The translations under genes were made by a program, and so were the position numbers. Shown in pieces: positions 1 through 9,887 of a DNA stretch of 64,000 nucleotides. The stretch spans positions 73,212 to 137,211 of the forward strand of contig JBDRHA010000007.1 in the NCBI GenBank assembly GCA_043817235.1, given 5' to 3'. Origin of the DNA: Candidatus Shapirobacteria bacterium. GTDB taxonomy: Bacteria; Patescibacteriota; Microgenomatia; UBA12405; BS750m-G30. The notes beneath the pieces were generated by a model. The model did no database searches and was not told where the DNA came from. It was given only the letters and a program-made list of their open reading frames with translations. The stretch's first letter is position 1. Each line of letters begins with the position of its first letter.

Positions 1-1044
1 GAAAAAAGATCAGGTTTAAAAGATGAAGAAACCCGCTTTCGCCAAAGGTATTTAGAGCTGGCCATAGATCCAGAATTAAGAGAACTTTTTCGTAAAAAAG
101 CACTATTTTGGCAAACAATTCGGAATTTTTTGCTTAAAAAGGGATTTTTAGAAGTAGAAACTCCGGTTTTGGAAAATATTACTGGGGGTGCGGATGCCGA
201 TCCTTTTATTACCCATCATAATGCCTTGGATATTGATCTTTATTTGCGGATTTCTATGGGTGAGCTTTGGCAAAAGAGGCTGCTAGTTGGAGGTTTTGAG
301 AAAACTTTTGAGCTTGGCCGCCAATTTCGCAACGAGGGAGTTAGTTTTGAGCATCTTCAAGATTATACCCAAATGGAATTTTACTGGGCTTATGTTAATT
401 ATCTATCTGGCATGGAACTAGTGGAGGAAATGTATAAGGAAGTGGTAAAAAAAGTTTTTGGAAAAACCAAATTTGATATTGGTAAATTTAGTGTTGATTT
501 TGGCCGAAAGTGGGAAAAGATTGACTATGTTTCTAGAATTGAAAAAGAGCTAGGAATCGATGTTCTTAAGGCTGGCAAAAAAGAAATTCAGCAAAAGTTA
601 AAAAGCCTTAGGGTGGATTTTGATAATCATGAGAGGAAGGGAAGACTGATTGACAAGCTTTGGAAACAAATTCGGGTTAAAATTGCCGGCCCAGCTTTTT
701 TAGTTGACCATCCGGTGGAAGTTTCACCCTTAGCCAAAAGAAAGAAAGAAAACCCGGCTTTGGTGGAGCGTTTTCAAGTGATCTTGGCTGGCTCGGAAAT
801 GGGCAATGGCTACTCTGAGCTTAATGATCCAATTGATCAAAAAGAGCGCTTTGAAGAGCAGGCGGCGATGCGTAAAGAGGGAGATAAAGAGGCTCAAATG
901 GCGGATACTGATTTTGTGGAGGCTTTAGAGTATGGTATGCCGCCGGCCTGTGGATTTGGCGTTTCGGAGAGATTATTTTGTTTCTTGGTTGATAGGCCAG
1001 CGCGGGAATGTGTCTTTTTCCCATTATTAAGGCCTAAAAAATGA
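1..1044 (+). CDS. lysS: Lysine--tRNA ligase class II (5'-truncated by window edge)
   Basis: Frame is open from base 1 (EKRSGLKDEETRFRQRYLEL...); motifs FLEVETP, LYLRIS, FRNEG, NGYSELNDP, ALEYGMPP. Confidence 0.97.
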   Translation, partial: EKRSGLKDEETRFRQRYLELAIDPELRELFRKKALFWQTIRNFLLKKGFLEVETPVLENITGGADADPFITHHNALDIDLYLRISMGELWQKRLLVGGFEKTFELGRQFRNEGVSFEHLQDYTQMEFYWAYVNYLSGMELVEEMYKEVVKKVFGKTKFDIGKFSVDFGRKWEKIDYVSRIEKELGIDVLKAGKKEIQQKLKSLRVDFDNHERKGRLIDKLWKQIRVKIAGPAFLVDHPVEVSPLAKRKKENPALVERFQVILAGSEMGNGYSELNDPIDQKERFEEQAAMRKEGDKEAQMADTDFVEALEYGMPPACGFGVSERLFCFLVDRPARECVFFPLLRPKK

Positions 1045-1601
1045 ACAGAGATAAGCTAATTTCTATTTTAGAGCGAGAAGTTGAGAATAAAAATATTATT
1101 AAGCACATGCTGGCAACTGAAGCATGTATGAAAGCGCTGGCGCGCCAGTTAAGAGGGGACGAAGAGGAATGGGCGCTGTCAGGCTTAATGCATGATGGCG
1201 ATTATAAAGAAAGCGTGCCGGTGGAAAAACAGGGAGTAGAAATAGTAGATATCTTGAAAAAGGAAGGAATTGAAGTTTCGCCCGCTGTGGGCCAAGCGAT
1301 GGCCGCTCATAACTGGAGCAACACTGGCGTGGAGCCCAAAGCTTTAATGGATTGGTCTTTGTTTTGCGCTGATTCTTTAACTGGTTTGATTGTGGCTACG
1401 GCCTTGGTGCTTCCTGGCAAAAAATTGAGCGAAGCGACAGTAGAGCGAGTATTAAATCGATTTAAAGAAAAATCGTTTGCCCGCGGAACCAGAAGGGAAG
1501 ATATTCAGATGTGTGAAAAAAAGCTAGGAATTTCTTTAGAAGATTTTATTAAAATTTGCTTAAAAGCAATGCAGAAAATTAGTAGAGAATTAGGACTATA
1601 A
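1041..1601 (+). CDS. HD-domain (HDIG-like) phosphohydrolase
   Basis: H...GLMHD...AH...CADSLTGLI pattern; FKEKSFARG motif; overlaps the lysS stop. Confidence 0.8.
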   Translation: MNRDKLISILEREVENKNIIKHMLATEACMKALARQLRGDEEEWALSGLMHDGDYKESVPVEKQGVEIVDILKKEGIEVSPAVGQAMAAHNWSNTGVEPKALMDWSLFCADSLTGLIVATALVLPGKKLSEATVERVLNRFKEKSFARGTRREDIQMCEKKLGISLEDFIKICLKAMQKISRELGL

Positions 1602-1602
1602 A

Positions 1603-2864
1603 ATGCTAGATCCAAAATATATTCGGGAAAACAAAGAAAAAGTTGAGATAGGGGTAAAAAATAAAGGTTATGGTGAGGAATTAGTGAATCATTGGTTAAA
1701 AATTGACCAAAAATGGCGCAAGCTTTTAGAAAAAATAGAGGCCTTAAGGGCAAAAAGAAATAAGCTCAACGAGGTATTAAAGAGCCGCCAAGGAAAACCT
1801 CCGGCGGATCTTTTAAAACAAGGAAAAACATTAAAAAATGAGCTGATTCAAGAAGAAGAAAAGCTGGCTATAATAGAAAAAGATTGGAAAAAAGCTCTGT
1901 GGAAAATTCCAAACATTCCGGCTGATGATGTTCATGTTGGCCGGAGCGAAAAGAAAATAAAGTAGTTGAGACTTGGGGAAAAACTCCGAAATTTTCTTTT
2001 GGGCCCAAAGATTATCATGAATTAGGGAAAAAATTAGGTCTTGTTGACGTAAAAAGAGCCAGCAAGGTATCAGGCAGTCGTTTTGGGTATCTAGAAAAAG
2101 AGGCTGTTTTTTTGGAATTCGCTCTAGTTCAGTTAGCCTTGGAAACCCTAGTCCCAGAGGGATTTATTCCGGTAATTCCGCCCGTTTTAATTAAAAAGCG
2201 AATGGAGGCGGCTTTAGGTTATGCCGAGCATGGCGGTTGGAAAGATATGTATGAATTAAAAGAGGACGGTTTAGTTTTAGTAGCTACGGCCGAACATTCA
2301 TTAGCCGCCATGCACGCTCAAGAAACAATTGATGAGAGAAAACTTCCTTTGCGTTACATTGGATTTTCCACCTGCTTTCGTAGAGAAGCTGGATCTTATG
2401 GCAAAGATACTCGAGGAATTTTCCGGGTTCACCAGTTTGATAAAGTAGAGATGCTAGCTTTAACTAAGCCCGAGAATTCCGATAAGGAGCATGAATACTT
2501 GGTTTCTTTAGAAAAGAAATTGATGCAATTACTAGAACTTCCACACCAAGTAGTGAAAATGTGCACGGCGGATTTAGGTCAGCCAACAGTGCGAAAGTAT
2601 GATATAGAAACCTGGTTTCCGAGCGAAAAAAAATATCGGGAAACTCATTCTTGCAGCAACTGTACTGATTATCAATCTCGCCGATTAGGGATTAAGTATC
2701 AAGGGCAAGGAAAAACAAGCTATGTCCATCTTCTTAACGGAACGGCTTTTGCTGTTGGCCGGACTATTTTGGCGATTTTGGAAAATTATCAGCAGAAAGA
2801 CGGCAGCGTTCTTGTTCCTCAAGTTCTCCAAAAATGGATGGGAAAAGAGAAAATAGCTGCTTGA
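1603..2864 (+). CDS. serS: Serine--tRNA ligase, split by an apparent 1-nt deletion near 1950
   Basis: MLDPKYIREN/IPNIP N-terminal arm (1603-1965) plus catalytic part (ATAEH, CFRREAG, RVHQFDKVE, ETHSCSNC, LNGTAFA); adding one A at gaaaagaaaat restores SEKENKVVE. Confidence 0.92.
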
Positions 2865-2880
2865 GTGCTATAATTTAGGG

Positions 2881-5583
2881 ATGTTTAATAAGCTAAAAAA
2901 TTTGTTTGACTATAATCGAAAAGAGATTGGACGCCTGAATAGAATAGTGGGAGAAATAAATAAGTGGGAGCCTCGGATCAAAAAGCTTTCAGACATCAGG
3001 TTAAAAGCCAAAACCGCTGAATTCAAAAAGAGAATTGTTAAGGGTGAAGCGGTGGAGAGTTTGCTTCCCGAAACTTTTGCGGTAGTGCGGGAAGCGGCCA
3101 GCCGGACTTTAGGTCAGCGCCATTATGATGTTCAATTAATGGCCGGAATTGCTTTATTTGAAGGGAAAATTGCCGAACAAAAAACTGGAGAGGGAAAGAC
3201 TTTAACAGCTACTTTGCCGCTTTATTTGCGAGCCCTAAAAGGAAAAGGCGCTCACTTAGTAACGGTAAATGATTATCTGGCTCGTATTGGCACGGGCTGG
3301 ATGGGGCCAGTTTATGATTATTTAGGTTTAACTACAGGGTGCATTATTCCCCAGGAATCTTTTCTTTTTGACGCTTCTTATAAAGGCCAGTCCTCAGATT
3401 GGCGTCTTAAGCGCTTAAAGCCAGTTGAAAGAAAAGAGGCTTATCTTGCTGATATTACTTATGGAACAAATAATGAATTTGGTTTTGATTATCTTCGCGA
3501 TAATATGGTTCAGGGCTTAAGCGTCATGGTTCAACGAGGTCACGCTTATGCGATTGTGGACGAAGTGGATTTTGCTTTGATTGATGAGGCGCGTACTCCC
3601 TTAATCATTTCTTCTCCGGCCGGCGACTCCAGCCGGGAATACCACCAATATTCTTCTTTGGCGGCAGAGCTTTTGTCAGAATCAGACTATATTATTGACG
3701 AGAAGGAGAGATCAGCGGTTTTAACTGAGTTTGGGATTAGGAAAGTAGAGCGTAAGCTTGGGGTAAACAATCTATATGAAGAAGACTTTGAAACTATTCA
3801 TCACATTGAAAATGCGCTTAAAGCGAGAACCTTGTTTCAAAAAGATAAAGATTATGTAATCAAAGATGGGCAGGTAATTATTGTGGATGAGTTTACCGGC
3901 CGGCTGATGCATGGCCGACGCTGGTCAGATGGTTTGCATCAGGCAGTAGAGGCTAAGGAGGAAGTTTCCATTCAGCAGGAGAGCAAAACCTGGGCAACGA
4001 TTACCTTTCAAAATTATTTTCGCTTATATAAGAAGCTCGCCGGAATGACTGGAACTGCGGCAACAGAAGCAGAAGAATTTAAGAAGATTTATGATCTCGA
4101 TGTAGTAGCAGTGCCAACCAATAAACCGGTAGTTAGAGAAGATTATCCGGATTATATTTATAAAAACCAGCGGTCTAAGTATGCGGCTATAGCGGCTGAA
4201 ATTCAAAAGTGTTATGAGTGCGGCCAGCCGGTTTTGGTGGGAACTACCTCGATTGAAAAAAATGAGCTTGTTAGCCGGTATTTAGCAAAAAAGAAAATTC
4301 CTCACCAGATACTAAATGCCAAGAATCATGAGAAAGAAGCGGAAATTATTGCCGAAGCAGGAAAAGTAAAAGCGATAACCGTAGCCACAAACATGGCGGG
4401 CCGAGGGGTGGATATTATCTTGGGAGGGGAAAAACCAGAAAAAACTAAAAGCAAAAAACTAAAAGCAAAAAACGAGAAAGAATGGGAAAAGGAACACGAA
4501 AAAGTAATTAGACTAGGAGGATTGCATGTAGTGGGGACGGAAAGACATGAGGCGCGCAGGATAGATAATCAGCTTAGGGGCCGCTCCGGCCGCCAAGGTG
4601 ATCCAGGGTCCTCGCGTTTTTTTGTCAGCTTGGAGGATGACCTAATGCGAGTTTTTGGCGGTGAGCAAATTTCCAACTTAATGACTCGATTTAAAATGCC
4701 TGAAAATATTCCTCTTTCCCATCCAATGGTCTCCCGGGTTTTAGAGCAGATTCAAATTAAAGTTGAAGGATTTAATTTTGATATTCGGAAAAGCTTAGTG
4801 GAGTATGACGATGTAGTAAACAAACAACGGGAAATAATTTATTTAAAAAGAAAGGCAATTTTAACTAATTATGATAAAAAACCAAAGAAGCTAAGAAAGG
4901 AAGTTTTGAAAATCTTAAAAAAGGAAATTAAAGAAAATGTTTCTTTTAGTTTAGATTCGATTAGCTTGGAAATAGATAGAGGAAAGTTGGTTTTGGGCTT
5001 TTGGGAGATATTGCCGGTGGAAGAAGAGAGTGAAAGAGAAAGAATCAGGAAAAAAATTAAAGGCAAAAACGAGGAAGGAATAAAAAATATTCTTTGGTCT
5101 TTAGCTAAAGAATTTTATCAGGAAAGAGAAAAAACTTTTGGCCCAAAAGTTGCTCGAGATATTGAAAAATCTGTTTATTTACATACCCTAGACAATCTTT
5201 GGGTGGATCATTTAACCTCTTTGGATGACCTTAAAGAGGGTGTGCGCTTGCGCGGCTATGGCCAGCGTGATCCTTTGGTAGAATACCGAAAAGAAAGTTT
5301 TGATCTTTTTCAGAAATTATTGGCCAATATTGAGTATCACTTAGCCCGAAGGATCTTAAAAATTAAAGTCCAAATGACAATGCCGGGCACAAGCCAAACA
5401 GTAGAGAGCCGGGGGCAGATTATTTCTCCTCAGGCAGAGAAGAAAGAGGAGCTTAGGCCGAGTGGTAATCAAAAAGTGAGGCCGGTAATTTCCGGCAAAA
5501 AAAAGCCAGGTCGAAATGACCCTTGCTGGTGCGGGTCAGGCAAGAAATATAAGAAGTGCCACTATCCCCAAACTGCCGATTAA
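2881..5583 (+). CDS. secA: Preprotein translocase ATPase SecA
   Basis: KTGEGKT, VNDYLA, DEVD, TNMAGRG, QLRGRSGRQGDPG; C-terminal SEC-C motif GRNDPCWCGSGKKYKKCH. Confidence 0.98.
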   Translation: MFNKLKNLFDYNRKEIGRLNRIVGEINKWEPRIKKLSDIRLKAKTAEFKKRIVKGEAVESLLPETFAVVREAASRTLGQRHYDVQLMAGIALFEGKIAEQKTGEGKTLTATLPLYLRALKGKGAHLVTVNDYLARIGTGWMGPVYDYLGLTTGCIIPQESFLFDASYKGQSSDWRLKRLKPVERKEAYLADITYGTNNEFGFDYLRDNMVQGLSVMVQRGHAYAIVDEVDFALIDEARTPLIISSPAGDSSREYHQYSSLAAELLSESDYIIDEKERSAVLTEFGIRKVERKLGVNNLYEEDFETIHHIENALKARTLFQKDKDYVIKDGQVIIVDEFTGRLMHGRRWSDGLHQAVEAKEEVSIQQESKTWATITFQNYFRLYKKLAGMTGTAATEAEEFKKIYDLDVVAVPTNKPVVREDYPDYIYKNQRSKYAAIAAEIQKCYECGQPVLVGTTSIEKNELVSRYLAKKKIPHQILNAKNHEKEAEIIAEAGKVKAITVATNMAGRGVDIILGGEKPEKTKSKKLKAKNEKEWEKEHEKVIRLGGLHVVGTERHEARRIDNQLRGRSGRQGDPGSSRFFVSLEDDLMRVFGGEQISNLMTRFKMPENIPLSHPMVSRVLEQIQIKVEGFNFDIRKSLVEYDDVVNKQREIIYLKRKAILTNYDKKPKKLRKEVLKILKKEIKENVSFSLDSISLEIDRGKLVLGFWEILPVEEESERERIRKKIKGKNEEGIKNILWSLAKEFYQEREKTFGPKVARDIEKSVYLHTLDNLWVDHLTSLDDLKEGVRLRGYGQRDPLVEYRKESFDLFQKLLANIEYHLARRILKIKVQMTMPGTSQTVESRGQIISPQAEKKEELRPSGNQKVRPVISGKKKPGRNDPCWCGSGKKYKKCHYPQTAD

Positions 5584-5595
5584 TTATCTTTCTTA

Positions 5596-5634
5596 TCAAC
5601 CTCGGGAGTTGATTATCCTTGCAACCTCGGAATT
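5596..5634. repeat. Left 39-bp REP-like inverted repeat flanking the RAYT gene
   Basis: TCAACCTCGGGAGTTGATTATCCTTGCAACCTCGGAATT with internal hairpin TCAAC-N7-GTTGA; near-identical reverse complement at 6324-6362. Confidence 0.85.
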
Positions 5635-5635
5635 T

Positions 5636-6304
5636 TTATTCATTAGTTAAAAATTCAATTTTTTTGAGTTCTTTTTGATAATCTTTTCTGTTAAAGACGA
5701 AATCTTTATAATTTTTAGACTTGTTGTGAGAAATAATTATTTCTTTTTTGCATATTTCTTGATTGTTGCTTAAATATTCCTGCAGCGAAGACCAAGGATA
5801 ATTTTTTAGTTGTTTTGAAGTATTTACTATTGCTGAGGAATATGGATTAAGGTGTATATATCGAGTAAGATGAAGAAGCTGCTCTTCATTGTTTACTAAA
5901 ACGGCCTTAAATCTGCCCTGAAAAAGTGGCCCAAATTTATCTTGCTTTTTGTTAAAATACCTTGCATATCCGTTTTGTACAGTAGCCATTAATTTTGATA
6001 TGCCATCATTTCTGTTTTGTTTTAAAAGAACATGGAAGTGGTTGGGCATTAGACAATAACAGATAATATCTGCATATTTAATATCTTCCTTTGAAAGATT
6101 TCTTAGGATTTTCTGTCTTTCTTCACTTTTTAAGATTAAAAATTTAGAATAACTACCAGGATGGTCTGAATGTTGATAGTAACTAAGCAGATCTTTAAAT
6201 CTTTGATAATCTCTCTTGCTTAAAAATATTGGCTGGCCATTGCTGCCGCGATTATAAACATGATAGTAGTAGTTAGTTACTAGAGGCAAAAATCTTCCTG
6301 GCAT
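5636..6304 (-). mobile_element. REP-associated tyrosine (Y1/HUH) transposase, RAYT/IS200-like
   Basis: YYHVYNRG, YCLMPNHFHVLL (HUH), GPLFQGRFKA, RYIHLNP, YPWSS; flanked by inverted repeats. Confidence 0.9.
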
Positions 6305-6323
6305 AGGTCAAAGATAACATCAT

Positions 6324-6362
6324 AATTCCGATGTTGCAATAGCAATCAACTCCCGAGGTTGA
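6324..6362. repeat. Right 39-bp REP-like inverted repeat flanking the RAYT gene
   Basis: AATTCCGATGTTGCAATAGCAATCAACTCCCGAGGTTGA; reverse complement matches 5596-5634 with a few mismatches. Confidence 0.85.
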
Positions 6363-6368
6363 CTGTTT

Positions 6369-6791
6369 TTGATTGGTAAATCTGGTAAAATTAACTACGT
6401 GGGCAAAAAGCTAAAACAAGATATTCCTAAACAGGCTTGGCTAAGGCTGGGGTTACTTTCTGTTTTAATTTTGGGTGCTGTTTGGCTTGCTACCGCTCGT
6501 TCCCCAAAATCCCCTTCAGGGGTAGTGGTAGGTGAAAAGCTAGAGCTTCCGGAGGGGGTGAATAAGGGGATCCAGGTTTTAGGCGAAACTGTGGATAAAA
6601 TTATGCCGGAGACTAAAGGAACTATGGTGAGCACAGTGGAGGAAACTCAAATAGTGGAGGAAATAAAAAAGACAGTGGCCTCTTTAACTGAACAGATTAA
6701 TGGTTTTCCCCAAAAACAGGAAAAAGAGATTAAAAGACAGGTAATTGAGGATGTATGCAGTCAACTATTAAATGACTTGGAAGAGGAATAA
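6369..6791 (+). CDS. Hypothetical membrane-anchored protein
   Basis: N-terminal hydrophobic helix; ends 2 bp before prfB; true start uncertain (GTG at 6399 plausible). Confidence 0.6.
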   Translation: MIGKSGKINYVGKKLKQDIPKQAWLRLGLLSVLILGAVWLATARSPKSPSGVVVGEKLELPEGVNKGIQVLGETVDKIMPETKGTMVSTVEETQIVEEIKKTVASLTEQINGFPQKQEKEIKRQVIEDVCSQLLNDLEEE

Positions 6792-6793
6792 GT

Positions 6794-7873
6794 GTGGAAG
6801 AAAGACTAGGTGATTTAGAAAAAAAGCTGAAAAGCCTAAAAGAAAGGCTTTCTTTAAAAGAAAAAGAAGAAGAGCTAAATAGGCTAAAAAAAGAAGCAGG
6901 AGAAAAAGATTTTTGGCAAGACAGCCAGCAAGCTTCCAAAATAACGAGCCGGATTGGGTTTTTGGAAAAGGAACGAGGAGAAATAGCTCAGATGAAGCAA
7001 AGAATAGATTCTTGTAAAGAAATTGCTCTTTTGTTGGAGAAGGATCGCGATAAAGAATTGGAGGATCAGCTGGAGCAGGAAATAGCGGACATAGAGAAAA
7101 AGATGGAAGAATTGGAGGAAAAGAAATATTTATCGGGCAAATACGATGACCATGGAGCTCTTCTTTCTATTCACGCTGGCCAAGGAGGAACAGAGGCTAT
7201 GGATTGGGCAAGCATGCTGGAGCGGATGTATTTGCGCTTTTGTGAAAGCCGAAAATGGAAAACAACAGTAGTTGAGCTAGTTGCTGGTGATGAGGCGGGA
7301 ATCAAATCGGCAACACTGAAAGTTGATGGTTTTCAGGCATATGGCTATTTAAAAAAAGAGGCGGGTATCCATCGCCTGGTGCGTATTTCTCCGTTTAATG
7401 CCCAGCATCTGCGCCAAACTTCCTTTGCCAAAGTTGAGATATTGCCCTTGATTGAAGATGAGAAGGAAGTAGAGATTGGTCCTGATGATTTGGAATTTGA
7501 AGCCTTTCGGGCTGGTGGTCACGGAGGCCAGAACGTAAATAAAGTAGAAACAGCTGTAAGAATTAAACACAAACCAACGGGCATTGTTGTTTCCAGCCAG
7601 TCTGAGCGCTTTCAGGAAAAGAACCGACAAATTGCCATGAGCGTTTTAAGAGCTAAATTGGCAGAAATTGAGGAAGAAAAAAGGAAGCAAGAAGAGCAAA
7701 GACTAAAAGGGAAAAACCCGTTGCCTTCTTGGGGCCGCCAAATCCGCTCTTATGTTTTGCATCCCTACAAGATGGTTAAAGACTTGCGTACTCAAGCAGA
7801 ATCTAACGATCCGGATTCAGTTTTAGCCGGCAAATTAGATTCTTTTATTGAAGCGGAAATAAAATTAGAATAA
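6794..7873 (+). CDS. prfB: Peptide chain release factor 2
   Basis: [17 protein letters not shown] (SPF tripeptide), [10 protein letters not shown] (GGQ), WGRQIRSY; single uninterrupted frame. Confidence 0.96.
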   Translation: MEERLGDLEKKLKSLKERLSLKEKEEELNRLKKEAGEKDFWQDSQQASKITSRIGFLEKERGEIAQMKQRIDSCKEIALLLEKDRDKELEDQLEQEIADIEKKMEELEEKKYLSGKYDDHGALLSIHAGQGGTEAMDWASMLERMYLRFCESRKWKTTVVELVAGDEAGIKSATLKVDGFQAYGYLKKEAGIHRLVRISPFNAQHLRQTSFAKVEILPLIEDEKEVEIGPDDLEFEAFRAGGHGGQNVNKVETAVRIKHKPTGIVVSSQSERFQEKNRQIAMSVLRAKLAEIEEEKRKQEEQRLKGKNPLPSWGRQIRSYVLHPYKMVKDLRTQAESNDPDSVLAGKLDSFIEAEIKLE

Positions 7874-7903
7874 TATGGTATAAGGTTAAAATAGAAAAAG
7901 GAG

Positions 7904-8329
7904 GTGAAAGTGGAAGAGCAGGAAAAAAAGAAATTAATTTTGCTAGTTAGCGCAGTTTTTATCTTAGGATCAATTAGCGGCTGGGGATTATTCCGGCTTA
8001 CCAGCCGGTCAACCTCAACAGAAAACAAGACAGGAGAAATGGCTGCTCTGATTTCTGGCCAAGAGATCAAGGTAGGCAAGACGTATGGTCAAGAAGGTGG
8101 CGTTTTTAAAGATGAGGCAGAGGGGATGATTATCGTTAACGACGAAGGAGGCCAGGGTACTCACAAGCTTATTCGTGAGGGAGGAGAATCCCAGTCGGCT
8201 CATCTAATTTCTTCGGTTTTGGATTTAAACTTATTTATTGATCACAAGGTTAAGGTTTGGGGAGAAACCTTTTCCTCAGATGAAGTAGGCTGGCTCATGG
8301 ACGTAGGCCGGGTGGAAGTTTTGCAGTAA
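7904..8329 (+). CDS. Hypothetical membrane-anchored protein
   Basis: N-terminal TM helix; AGGAGG near start; coupled to ftsE. Confidence 0.65.
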   Translation: MKVEEQEKKKLILLVSAVFILGSISGWGLFRLTSRSTSTENKTGEMAALISGQEIKVGKTYGQEGGVFKDEAEGMIIVNDEGGQGTHKLIREGGESQSAHLISSVLDLNLFIDHKVKVWGETFSSDEVGWLMDVGRVEVLQ

Positions 8330-9015
8330 TGGAAATAGTTTTTAAAGGAGTAAGTAAGTCATTTGGTTCCTTAGAAGCCCTAAAAGATATTTCTTTTAGG
8401 GTAAAAGCGGGCGAATTTTCTTTTTTAACCGGAACTTCGGGAGCAGGAAAGACGACGATATTTAAGATTATTACCGGCCAGATTGTTCCGGACGAGGGCG
8501 AAGTGAAAGTAGGCGAATGGCTGGTGTTTGGCGGCCAAAAAAAAATTTCACCGAAAGAGCTTCTTGCTTTACGAAGAAAGGTTGGTTTAATTTTTCAGGA
8601 CTTTCAGCTTATTGAAGAATATACGGTTGAAGAAAATGTTAGCCTGGCTCTGGATATTTTATGTGTAAGGGGTAGAGATTGTTCTGAACAAGTAGGCAAG
8701 GTGCTGGAGAAAGTGGGGTTGCTTTCCAGAGCCAAAGCTTTTCCCCGCCAGCTTTCCGGAGGCGAGCTTCAGCGGCTTTCTTTGGCTCGGGCTTTAAGCA
8801 TGAAGCCCGAGATTTTGCTGGCCGATGAGCCGACCGGAAATTTAGACCCGGAAACCAGCTGGCAACTGATTGCTTTACTTGATAAGATTAACAAAGAAGG
8901 GACCACGTTGCTCATGGCCACCCATAATTTTGATATTGTTGATTCCTTTGAAAAAAGAGTAATTAAGCTAAAAAACGGCAAATTAGTCAGTGATAAAAAG
9001 AAAGGCAAATATTAG
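8329..9015 (+). CDS. ftsE: Cell-division ABC ATPase FtsE
   Basis: GTSGAGKTT, LSGGELQR, LADEPTGNLDP, ATH; directly upstream of ftsX. Confidence 0.88.
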   Translation: MEIVFKGVSKSFGSLEALKDISFRVKAGEFSFLTGTSGAGKTTIFKIITGQIVPDEGEVKVGEWLVFGGQKKISPKELLALRRKVGLIFQDFQLIEEYTVEENVSLALDILCVRGRDCSEQVGKVLEKVGLLSRAKAFPRQLSGGELQRLSLARALSMKPEILLADEPTGNLDPETSWQLIALLDKINKEGTTLLMATHNFDIVDSFEKRVIKLKNGKLVSDKKKGKY

Positions 9016-9887
9016 TGAAAGCAACTACTAAAGTTTGGCAATATTTGCGCCGCAGCCCCCACCAAAGCTTAGCGGCTACAATGGTTATGTTCTCAAATTT
9101 TTTTCTTATTTCAGCCGTAGTTTTTGTGCTTTTTGGCTTAAGTTCAGTTTTGCGATTTTTAGAAACGAGGCCTGAGGTGACGGCCTTTCTGAAGGATGAG
9201 GTTAGCACTGCTCAGCGGGATGCTTTGGTTCAAAAGCTTGAGGCAGAAGAGGGAATTAAGGAGGTGCGCTATGTTAGCAAAGAAGAAGCCTTAAAAATTT
9301 ATCAGCAGGATTTTTCGGATAATCCTTTACTTTTAGAAATGGTAACTGCCGAAGTTTTGCCGGCTTCTTTAGAAATTTCTGCTCAAAGCCCGGAAGTTCT
9401 TAAAAATGTTGTTTCTGAGCTTACTTCTCAGGCCGATTTATTTGAAGAAGTGGTTTTTCAGCAGGAAGTAGTAGATTCGCTTTTAAAATGGACGCAAACC
9501 GCGGAGAAAATTGGCGGTGGATTAATAGTTTTTCTTTCTATGGTCTCCTTGGTGGTAATCTGGGTAATTATTAGCATGAAAATTACTTTGCGAAAAAAAG
9601 AAATTTCCATTTTAAACTTACTGGGAGCAGAAGGGAGCTATATTCGTAATCCCTTTTTACTGGAAGGAATTTTTTACGGAGTAGTAGGGGCGATTTTAGG
9701 TTGGAGTATTGTGGTGACTATTTCTTTTTTAATTCGGCCCAAGTTAGTAGATTATTTTCAACAAATACCGTTTTGGCCCAGCTCTTTTCTTCCGTTTCTT
9801 TTAATTTTGGGTGCAGAAATGCTTTTTGGGGCAATTATCGGCTTGCTGGCCAGCTTCATGGCCGTTAAAAAGCAGCTGCACAAATGA
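9015..9887 (+). CDS. ftsX: Cell-division permease FtsX
   Basis: YVSKEEAL, LPASLEI, EISILNLLGA, IRNPFLLEG; four TM segments. Confidence 0.9.
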   Translation: MKATTKVWQYLRRSPHQSLAATMVMFSNFFLISAVVFVLFGLSSVLRFLETRPEVTAFLKDEVSTAQRDALVQKLEAEEGIKEVRYVSKEEALKIYQQDFSDNPLLLEMVTAEVLPASLEISAQSPEVLKNVVSELTSQADLFEEVVFQQEVVDSLLKWTQTAEKIGGGLIVFLSMVSLVVIWVIISMKITLRKKEISILNLLGAEGSYIRNPFLLEGIFYGVVGAILGWSIVVTISFLIRPKLVDYFQQIPFWPSSFLPFLLILGAEMLFGAIIGLLASFMAVKKQLHK

